From Takakia lepidozioides (lineage: Eukaryota; Plantae; Bryophyta), in NCBI GenBank assembly GCA_030704615.1, contig CM060731.1, positions 14,260,001 to 14,324,000 of the forward strand: a DNA stretch of 64,000 bases, given 5' to 3'. The position numbers and the translations under genes are program-made. The notes under the pieces are model-generated. The model did no database searches and was not told the DNA's origin. It saw only the letters and a list, made by a program, of their open reading frames with translations. Below, piece by piece: positions 51,108-61,202 of this stretch. Every line of letters begins with the position of its first letter. Within the stretch, counting starts at the first letter, position 1.

Positions 51108-52507
51108 ATGGCGGCCCAGAAGAGACATAAGCACCACCGCGCAACTGAATCTATCCTCCCAGTGCTGATGCTCCAACTACTGGTGATAACTGGTAACATG
51201 CAGGTCCTCCTTGTCTCTGGTGCAAGCACAGGCTCGCGCCATCTTTTGCACGTTCATTCCAGAGGTACATATATAGTGCGTGCACCTGAATTTCTACTAG
51301 TCTTTTCCCCTCCTAACACAAAGGTTACCACTGCGGACAGCCTGCTACCACAATCTCATCAAAGTGGCCTCGACCTAACTAGTATTACTAGGACGAAATC
51401 CCTGCTGTAAGAGCTTATCTTCAAAGCATCGTTATTGTGTTGGATTCATTCCACTGCTTTAACTTACATATATCACATTTTGAACTTAGTACCTCATCAC
51501 TTCAACAAATATGAATTTGTCTGATGCATGCACTGATTAACTTCATAGTCTCACACCTGAAGTCTGACTAGTGCAGTTAATGCCGCCGTTGTGTCTCCTG
51601 CAGTTCTGGCATCATCCACAGTCCGGGAGCATGAAATGGTTGTTCCTAACGGAACACCAGACTCCTCATTGCTCGATTTACAGGTACAATGTTCTACACC
51701 AGATGTACTCGTAGATGTATCGTCTCTTCCCTTCCATGGTGCACTGCTCCCCACGCATAAATTCATAGGTCCCTCGAGCAGCATCGGACTCGATCATTAC
51801 ATGATGTTGTCTCTGAAGAAATAGCTGCTCTCCCCTGGCGAATGTTAGCCTGTCTTGTCTCCCCCCCACTAGCATGTAATTTGGAATGCATCCATACGGA
51901 TGGGACCTCTAAAAATTAAAATTTTCTTGTGAAATCATGACTTAACAATCTCCGATCGGAGACTCCTGTGGGTTATCAGCTTCCAGTTTCCACTTTATTT
52001 CAGCCAATGTCATCCAGCCAATGTCATCGGCTTATCTACCCTAACGACGATAAACAAAAAGCACTAACTAAGTAACATACTCCAAACTGCATCTGGAGTA
52101 GATCGACATGTGCTTTCTCTGCACATCCTTGGTTATTCTTATCAAATGCAGACAACCAGCATGTAGCCCAATGGTAATGGGCACATACCACGTTGGATGT
52201 GGTTGTGGGTTTAAACCACCGTCTAGTGTGTCATGAAGGTGTCCACCTTCTTGCTGGAAGGCAGTAGCCCTTGGGGGTCAAGTGACACCATAAGTTACGC
52301 TCCCTTGGGGAGGACGTCATATATATATATATAATCAAATGCAAAATTTCAGTAAAGGCAACGGAAGGTGAACGTGGTTGATTGCAGGAGGTAGAACACG
52401 TTGACGCAAACTCTAGACGCCTACAGGCACCACCGGTACCACCAGGTGCAACGTGGAACCCTCACCATGGGAACGGCAATGTGCCGGGAGTGATGCCTTG
52501 CTGCTAG
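51108..52507 (+). CDS. Putative small secreted peptide precursor (118 aa, 3 exons)
   Basis: Exons 51108-51264, 51604-51683 and 52388-52507 join in frame via GT-AG. Hydrophobic signal-like segment, RHLL motif and C-terminal RRLQAPPVPPGATWNPHHGN. TATAAA at ~50964. Confidence 0.6.
52151..52333 (+). mobile_element. tRNA-derived SINE
   Basis: A-box TAGCCCAATGG, B-box-like GGTTTAAACC, (AT)n tail. 10-bp TSD ATCAAATGCA at 52141-52150 and 52334-52343. Confidence 0.85.
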
Positions 52508-52706
52508 TGTGGCCTTGGCGGGGTACTGTACCGTAAACCTCTTTCTTTGTAAATTGTATGTCTTATCTTTCTGCTACTCCCAAGGCATATAAACCTGTCC
52601 AACTCTATTTGCTTATGACAAATGATTGTTAGGGTTTAGCCTGGCAATAGTGGTACACTACACACTCTCTCACTGCAGCGTTGTTGTTGTTTTTTTTTTT
52701 TGTTAA

Positions 52707-53516
52707 CCCCTAATGGACCATGCGACCACGTCAGAAATCAGAAAGCGATTTGCCACGTGGCAAATCGTTGGATGACCTCGGATGAAAAAACTTTCATTGT
52801 GCTCCCTGACGTCATACACCTGCCTGTTTTTATGGCATCCTAAAATAATAAAAGCATTACCGTCAGTAATTTTTTTACTGTGCAGTGGTACCCAATTCAA
52901 GCTCCAGCAGCTTTGACCTATCGACGTGGCTATCCTGGGTGGCCTATACCATGAAAATTCATTTTGCATGTAGATAGGTTAGAAAATTCATCTATGCATG
53001 TAGATAGGTTAGAATGCTTCCAAATTTTTTATGGTAGTGAGTTTCGGCAAGGAACGGGGAACTCACCTTGTGATCAAAATTTGGACACATTTGAGGCAGA
53101 TTTGGTGTCAATTGTAATGGATGGTCTTTTTGACCCACCTATTTTCCAATAAAAAGGAACCCTTATGTGGTTTTGGAATTTGGTTCTAGAAATTTTGGCC
53201 CAAGGTGTTGTACATACCAGGCAATTAGAATCTGGGTATGTTGTATCAATGATAAATCATTTTGCCAAGCCAATTGCTTGGTCAAACCAATTTTTCACTC
53301 CAAAACTAGAGCACAATAAATATTTACAGCTTGTATTTTTCCTAATGACACGGTGAAATCAGTTGAAATTATTACAGTAGGTTCCTGAAGTAGGTAGGAT
53401 TACTTTCATACGGTTCATCCCTATGGATGTTTGCCAAATGTCAGATATGCCCTCAAACATGAGGGCATGTTCCGTTTTGGCATGGGCCCACCAAAAACGA
53501 GCTCGTCCATTAGGGG
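52707..53516. mobile_element. piggyBac-type non-autonomous element (810 bp)
   Basis: TTAA on both sides (52703-52706, 53517-53520). Perfect 12-bp TIR CCCCTAATGGAC / GTCCATTAGGGG. Confidence 0.8.
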
Positions 53517-53717
53517 TTAACAGGGACAGAGGCCCTGAAAACTTTATTGGAGATGGAAATGAGGAAAAAATAACCTCAAGATACGAGCCATAAGGCAGAA
53601 AAAGGGCACACAGCCCCCATACCGCGTTTCTTTTATGAAATTTGGGAAACAACACGAGTGGCTACGGAGTTTTGCAAAAAATAGCCGTACATTATGTTCA
53701 TCCACTAAAATTAGGAT

Positions 53718-53903
53718 AGAATCATCCACCTCTACACCTTTAATCCATTTATATCATCCATATTTTGCGAATTCATCCATAGTTTATTTTTCATTTGGAG
53801 AGGTTTGGCGATTAGAGTCATCCACCTCTGTACCTTTAATCCATTTATATCATCCATATTTTGCAAATCATCCATAATTTATTTTTTATTTGAAGAAGTT
53901 TGG
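53718..53903. repeat. ~96-bp tandem repeat rich in TCATCCA (probable TE-internal repeat)
   Basis: Two similar units starting at ~53718 and ~53814. Confidence 0.8.
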
Positions 53904-54183
53904 AAATTTCATCCATGTAAAAACAGGGAACTTGCAACAGAATATTCCATTTTATTGTTTGAGGTCGAAATCTGGCGAAAATTCGTCAATTAAAAAAACA
54001 ATGTCTCAGTGGATCAAATAATCATGGACAGAACTTCAGAAGAGGACTTTTTATGTCAAGTAGGCTATGTTTTCCGCGCTTTCAAGACCTTGGCCTTCGT
54101 CCCAAGTAAACTTACTTTGGCAACTAACACAATTGAAGCTAGAATAGCACCTTGGACTTACATATGTTTCTATCGTAGATTAA

Positions 54184-54520
54184 GGACCGTACCACACTAG
54201 CGGCAAGAGGGGCAGCGGCACTCAATTTCGGACCCTCCTATTGGTTTAAGGGAGGGCAGTGTCCCTTGGAAATCCACAATTTTAGGAAGACATTTTGTCG
54301 TGACATGATTCTCCTGCCATCGCGAAGCGACGCAATGTCAAAGGTTCTAGGAATTGGTTATTTTTAGAATGAAAAGATGAGGTAGTTGCGATTTTTTTAC
54401 CACTATAGTGTAGTAGCCGATTCATTGCCGCTTGGTGACATGGACCTATATCATCCAACAATCCCTAGCCGGCAACGTCCACGTCAGTGTCGTTGGTGTG
54501 CCGCTAGTGTGGTACGGCCC
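54184..54520. mobile_element. Tourist-like (PIF/Harbinger) MITE, 337 bp
   Basis: TAA TSD (54181-54183, 54521-54523). 22-bp TIR GGACCGTACCACACTAGCGGCA / TGCCGCTAGTGTGGTACGGCCC with one mismatch. Confidence 0.9.
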
Positions 54521-55214
54521 TAAGTCAAATATGGATTGTGTGGATTGGGATGCCACTTTTCAACTCAGCAAAGGGGCGTCGGCCATCCCAATTAGATTAA
54601 AATATGTCATTGAAGGGTGCCCAAGAGAGCAGCCCAGTTGGTAGAGCCGGGTAATGATCCGTCTTGGGCGGCTCTGATCTACTTTTCTAACAATCGGAGG
54701 TAAAACATGTCGTTCGATTTTTTTTTCATAACATCCGGTTCCGGGGTTCTCTGGCCTGTAACCGCCCAACCACAGTGAGGTGTTGGCCAAATTTATGGCA
54801 ATTCAGACAAATGTTGCACTGCATGGTAAGCTGCAATTTAAATCTAATTTGAGACTTTGAGTAACGCAAAATGACTTCAGTCTGTGGCTTTGGATTACCT
54901 AGGTTTGTACGTTTGACAGGCCAATGAGAGGTACACCAATCATGGGGTCAAAGCACACGACTAGGAACCCAAAAAGAATGTCACGTTCCGTTTTCCACCA
55001 CATATGGCGTATTGGATCCAAATTTATGATATCGAGTTGACATGAAACCACACAAGCATTATATCATTGGGAAGCCCTTAATGTGTTTGTCATGCCCATA
55101 TATAATTCTTTGTGATTCGACAAGTTTAAGGTGTCGTAATCTTGAATAGTACATGGCTCAAATGTCTCAAACTGTTATAGATCCAAATTTATGATATCGA
55201 GTTGAGCATGAAAC

Positions 55215-56095
55215 TAGTGTTGGTGTAGTATCTTGAATTGGAAATACCATAAGGGTCTTGGTATGCAATGCTGAATTTTTTTAAAGCAGATAGGTTTCAG
55301 CCCCTGGATTTTTCAAGTATGAATCTGGTATGCATATAGTGGTTTTAAAAACCAATCAATCCGGATATGAGCAATGGTATCTGAATGTCAATAACCTAAA
55401 AATATGAACTCGGATATGGTATTAAAAAATAATAAAATAAAAATGGTACTAGTATTCAAATTCAAATTCAATATTGAAATGGCCATTTGAATATTCAAGA
55501 AAACCACAAGGGAAACCTGCTATCTCATAGGATACCAACCCCCATACAATTATACACTCAATCAGAATTGCATCCATAGTGTCTCGCAAATGAAGATCAA
55601 AATGTCATTGTTATAATCAAAACAGCTAGTATATGCCCCTAGCCCTAAATCTCTACTCTACATTACAAAGTACCCCAGTCATCATCCTCAAAGTATTCAG
55701 TTTTCTCAAGCAGTAGCTCAACAGCCATAAAAAACCACCACAATTGTTGCTCCACTCTCCTCGATTCCAAATCTATTGTACAACCTCCATCAATCTGCCG
55801 CCGAAGCTGCCAATTAAAGAGGCGTTCATAAACACATGAAACCCTACATCCATAATGTGTATATGTGCATATTAACATGATACCCAAACAAACTTGTAGC
55901 GACGAGTCGAGCTCTGGTAGAGGGCGGGGAAAGGAGAACCCTAACCGCCGCCTGTTAGGGTTTGGGGGGCCGCTAGGGAACTCGAGAACCTTCTGGTAGG
56001 GTACTACAAATGTTTACGGGAACAGAGAATAGTAGGTTAGGTGAGAAGAGACCCGGGTTGATACCCGGCGAAACCCGGATACCAGACCAACATTG
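55215..56095. mobile_element. Non-autonomous hAT element (881 bp) inserted into one copy of a ~165-bp tandem duplication
   Basis: 8-bp TSD CATGAAAC (55207-55214, 56096-56103). Imperfect TIR TAGTGTTGGTGTAGTATC / GATACCAGACCAACATTG. Host repeat 55015-55180 resumes at 56096-56235. Confidence 0.82.
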
Positions 56096-56732
56096 CATGA
56101 AACCACACAAACATTATATCATTGGGAAGCCCTTATAGTGTTTGTCATGCCCACATATAAATTATTTCGATTTGACAAGTTTAAGGTGTCGTAATCTTGA
56201 ATAGTATATGGCTCAAATGTCTTAGACTGTTATAGTACTTCAGGACTCAATTTTCACACCATAATATATGAGGGTCCTATCAAGGTTTTTCATGTGCTTA
56301 TATAGGATGTGGAAGTATGCCAAAAATAACAGTAGACCCGCAAAACCAGAAAAAACCATTCACAGAGGTATTTTCTCCTATGTGATATGCATAATTTATG
56401 ACACCAAACTTTAGTACTACTAAATATCAAAATTTGAACATATTGAGTCTTTCACCAAAAGTATAGTGTTTAGCTACTGAAAAGGGAATAGGTCATGTCC
56501 TTGAAATGGCTACAAGATCCTCTAATTTTGAAATGAAGGCCAAAAAAAGTTCTTACAACTAAATGTATCCTTCATTGCAAATTATTTCAAGATATTAAAT
56601 ATACCCATAATATATCATTGAATGATTTCAAAAATATTACATGAGCATCTGCAACTTTGAAATAGGCATCAAACACACCAATTTTGCTGCTTATATCAGC
56701 TTATTAGTTATTTCAGCCATTGACGTATCTAC

Positions 56733-57500
56733 CAATGTTGGATTGGTATCACGAAAATATGATACCAAACTTGTCCTGGTATCACAAGGGCCCACATTTC
56801 CCAATACGGGTATGGTCCTGGTATTGGGGATAAGGGGGCCGGGTAGGGTATAGGAGGGGTATCAATAACATAAAATTGTGGATGTATATCAGTAGGGTAT
56901 CAATATTTGTTTTTCCATCTCATATGGGGGGAATATGAATATTGCCCGGGTATGTAGATGAAATATTCAGTATATTTAAGAATTTCAAGACCTGAGAAGA
57001 AGAATTGACCTTCTCAGTGGATCACAATTACCACACAATGCACATACAAAATACATTGCTCATAAACATTGCACATTACAAAAATATACCATACCATACT
57101 TGTATTTTTGCACATTGCACATGAGTATAAAGCAGATGCCATAAAAGCAATAAATGCCCTTGAATTCCCTTGCTCTAACTCCACACATACACCTACTGTG
57201 CCTTTGGATGCTCACATAGCAGCAATAGTGGTATCAATACCACTCTTGTCCATCACTATATCAGACGGCTATGGTATATACCAGTGTTGTGCGGGTCCGG
57301 GTTTTGACCCTGGGTACCCGGGGGGTTAGGATCCGGGTTATCCGCACCCGAACCCGTGCTATCCCCAAAAACCCGGATCCTGACCCGGTTTCATTTCTAA
57401 AATGAACCCGGAACCGAACCCGGACCCGCCTGCAGGGTCCAGAACCCGATAAACCCGTTACCCGCGATCAAGTGTAGCAGGTCAAGGTCCGGGTCAAAAT
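56733..57500. mobile_element. Two nested/adjacent hAT left ends lacking visible right ends
   Basis: CAATGTTGGATTGGTATC at 56733 preceded by GTATCTAC. CAGTGTTGTGCGGGT at 57282 preceded by GTATATAC and followed by ACCCGG-type subterminal repeats. Confidence 0.62.
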
Positions 57501-57595
57501 TTCAGGTGGGGCATGCGGGGTCCACCTTATATGTGGTAGGGTAGGTTCTACAATGTGTCCAGCAATAGGCCGCTGCAGCAGCCTGCCAGCGTTGT

Positions 57596-57724
57596 AGGCA
57601 CATACCACCTCAAAAGTGGTTGTGGGTTCAACCCACGGATGGGTGTCACAAAGTTGTGCCCTTCAAGATCTAGTGACACCATAATTTATACCTCGCAAAG
57701 GAGGAGTCATATGTTATTATTATG
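57596..57724 (+). mobile_element. Second, diverged copy of the tRNA-SINE family
   Basis: GGCACATACCAC..GTGGTTGTGGGTTCAACCCAC..GTGTCA...AGTGACACCATAA aligns with 52180-52320. (TAT)n tail. Confidence 0.7.
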
Positions 57725-57819
57725 AGGCTGGCTTCCACACATCGCCTCTGAAATTTTGTGTGGCCACGTCGTAATGAGGTCGTACGGTGCAGAGGGGACA
57801 CGGACCTGACAGCGGGCCC

Positions 57820-58087
57820 CACTACATTAAAACGATCATTATTCCCATGTTTCTCTTATTCTAGCGACGACCGAAGGTCGAGAGCTAGTTTAGCGTAGAG
57901 CAGGAATAGGGTGCCATAGTGCCACATCATCGTCGTCATGTTTCGTAGCCACATGTCGTCGCCACGTTTCGTACGTTGTCAATTTCTTTCTATCTACCCG
58001 GATTGCCCGAAAAATCCGAAAATAACTTCTTGAACGGTACTTCGTTGAGACTAACCCTTTTCGTGCCTGCTTCTATTTGATGTTCAA

Positions 58088-58090
<3 letters not shown>
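57820..58090 (+). mobile_element. Probable CACTA (En/Spm) left terminus with subterminal repeats
   Basis: CACTACATTAAAA at 57820 followed by GCGACG/GTCGTC-type short repeats. Right end not seen in the window. Confidence 0.5.

Positions 58091-58128
<38 letters not shown>
58090..58128. repeat. (AG)n microsatellite
   Basis: Visible dinucleotide run that truncates the adjacent minus-strand ORF. Confidence 0.95.
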
Positions 58129-58130
<2 letters not shown>

Positions 58131-58131
<1 letters not shown>

Positions 58132-58580
58132 ATCGATCTACGAAACTTCAAGCCATGCGGATTGCATATATTGGAAGTTTTCGTCCAGCACCATGGATGT
58201 CCATCGTGCTTCTTGTCCATGCCCGCCATTCGTCCTGCCAATCCCCCAGAGGATGTCGCTGGTGGTAGCTCAAAAATGATATCACCATTAAATTCATTGG
58301 GTAGGTATTTTGCTGATTGGGTAGGTATTCGCTAGTGTGTATCCCAGTCAATGCCTCTCACATCACTCTTGCATCCTGGCAACCCCCTCAAGGACTGCAA
58401 CTTTGGAATGACACTTGCAATCTCTTGCACATCGGGGTCCCCCAGCAGACGTTGATTCGGAGGAGGTGGGAGCTCCGACACATCCTCTTCTGATGTGCCC
58501 TTGACCCTCCCCACTTTGTCATACACCTCTCTCACCACATGTACAGTCCCTGCCTCAAAGCGGAAGGTTACGTAAAGCAA
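58131..58580 (-). pseudogene. Fragment of a transposon protein (recalled as N-terminal part of bryophyte MULE/SWIM-type transposase-like proteins)
   Basis: YLPNEFNGDIIFELPP...MAGMDKKHDGHPWCWTKTSNI.N..GLKFRRS, with an internal stop at 58332 and truncation at the microsatellite. Family assignment from memory only. Confidence 0.5.
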
Positions 58581-59794
58581 GTCTTCTTGAACTACGGCGA
58601 GCCCATTCTCGTCGGCTTATACGGCACTCAGGTACTCCGCTTGCACGTTGGAGTAGAAAACAGTGACGTCGGAGTTGAGAGACATTGCATGAACGAGCAC
58701 GGGAGTGTGGGCAGTGGAGAGCAGGTGATAAGAGTATACCAGGAAGGCCGAATTATGCGAACCACTTCCTGACAATGTCTCAGTGGATCCACCGACTGAA
58801 GGTGCTGAGGCAAATTATTACTTTGCATGCTGTTTAGTAGCCGGCTTTGACTCTGACAGATGCTGGAGAATTTTATCCTATTAATGTCAGATCACCGACC
58901 GCCGGACACAAGATTCTGACAGGCAAGAATTGCGGCCGACTTTACAGATCCACATCCTCAGTGACTACGTTGTGGGTCGAACCCCTTATGTCAAACATGG
59001 ATATGTGGCATGCCTATATTTAAGTGTCTTGCACAGGCAACAGGTGTCAAGTTCTCTGCGAGACAGCCCGCAAGCACTACAGCAAATGGGGGGGGTTTGT
59101 GACGCCAGCCGCGCCCCCACGCCCCCTATGATTTGTAAGTCGTACTTCCCTATGGATTTTGTTATGTCTTCTTTCTGGCTCCATCATCGCGAAGAACTGA
59201 CTTTAATTTGTGGCATGTGTAGCAACGCGCGTTTGAGAGGAAGCCATCTCCGGTAGAGTACAACTACGCCAAGGAGCATGATTGGCAATCCCTCATGAAG
59301 AACATAGCCAACACAGAGGGGATGAGTGCACTACAGGGCACTAGTATGGATGAGGTCGAGGGTCATGCTCAGGGATTGGATGAGAGCTCTGTGGGACTTA
59401 GGGGAACGCCGCCTCATTTACGTGCTCTGGCAAAGGGCGCGGAGTCATCAGGCTCATCGGATAGCTGAGGTTGAGGATGAGGATGACTAGTCCTAGTCCA
59501 TGTAGGTCCCAGGGTCAGTCTACTGAACCCTTGTGAGCTTTTCAGCTCATGTCTTGTAAATATATTTCCATCTTTCCATCTTCCATCTTATTCATGTGTC
59601 GCACCGTCCTCACCCTCCGTTCATGCTTGCTCAATTGTGTATCTGCTAACTATGGAACTGTAAGTTCTCCCATCCCCAAATACAAAACCAGGAAAAAAAC
59701 AAAAAACCATCCTCAATTCACCCCAAAATGAACCCCAACCCCCCCCCCCCACAAGGCTGCCCTCGCGACTGCAGCACGTCAATGTTGTTTATGT

Positions 59795-61170
59795 ATGTGT
59801 GCAGTATCCTGCAATGTGTACAGGATTAAGATGGCGTTTGTTTACCTTCATTATGCTTTTTGGCAGAGAAAGCGGAAGAAGGCTTGGGAGAGTCAGCGTC
59901 AGTTCTCATCCGTGGATCCTACAGTTCAAGAGCAGACCATGCCAGAGCAGGGTCATGTCGCTCAGGAGGAGGAGGTGCAAATAATGCAGTGTCCACGACA
60001 GGTTTCAGCCACTGAGGAGCAGCAGAAAAACACACAAGTGCCTCCGCAATCCGTGAAGGAGAAGAGTCAGGTACAAGGCAGAAGACGTGCAGGAGGGGGC
60101 GGGTCTTCCAGCAGAGGAAAGAAGCCTGAGAAGGTTAGTTCATACTTTTGAATCCATGGTTCTTGCAACACAAAGGAGTTAGATTGAGGTGTCACTGACG
60201 CCACCTAAATAGGGCACCTTCCCGGGTAATGGTGTACGTAGGAAGGTTAAGGAGAAGGATGATTAAGGTGTCGTTGACGACAGCTTAATGTGCTACTACG
60301 TTCAACCAAAAACATTGAGGAAACACCCAAGAACTACAAGAGATTGATCTGCCACTGCATTCAACCTCGAACATGGGGAAATCACCTAGAAAAACAGCAG
60401 ATGAAGGTGTCATTGACGACATTTTAATTTGCCAACGCATTCAATATAAAACAAGGGAAAAACACCCTACAACTACAACAGATTAAGGTGGCATTGACGA
60501 CATCTTAATCTGCCTCTGCATTCAACCCAAAATATGGGAAAAAACACCCTACAATTGTATTAGATTACGGTGTCGTTGACGACATCTTAATCTACCAATG
60601 AATTGAACCCAAAACATGGGAAAAACACTCTAGAACTACAGTAGATTAAGCTGTCGTTGATGACAGCTTAATCTGCCTGTGCAATCAAAATAAACATGGG
60701 AGAAACACTCTAGAACTACAGCAGATTAAGCTGTCGTCAACGACAGCTTAATCTGCCACTCCATTCAACCTCAAACATGGGGAAATCACCCTACAACTAC
60801 AGCAGATTAAGGTCTGCATTCAACCCAAAAGATGGGAAAAACACCCTACAACTATAGCAGATTAAGGTGTCATTGACGACATCTTAATCTATCAATGAAT
60901 TCAACCCAAAACATGGGAAAATTACTCTAGAACTTCAGCAGATTAAGCTGTCGCCAACGACAGCTTAATCTGCCTTTGCAATCAATATAAACATGGGAGA
61001 AACACTCTAGAACTACAGCAGATTAAGATGTCGTCAACGTTGACGACATCTTAATCTGCCACTGCATGGGGAAATCACCCTAGAAAAATAGCAGATTAAG
61101 CAGTCATTGACGCCATCTTAATCTTGCCATGAATTGTGTGTCTTAACACATGTCATTTTGCAGAACAAAA

Positions 61171-61202
<32 letters not shown>

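Noticed and set aside
52160-52220. tRNA gene
   Set aside because: It has A/B boxes but no convincing cloverleaf, and carries a tail and TSD, so it is a SINE.
60181-61128. CRISPR array (palindromic repeats with ~45-bp spacers)
   Set aside because: The spacers are homologous to each other rather than unique, there are no cas genes, and the context is a eukaryotic intron.
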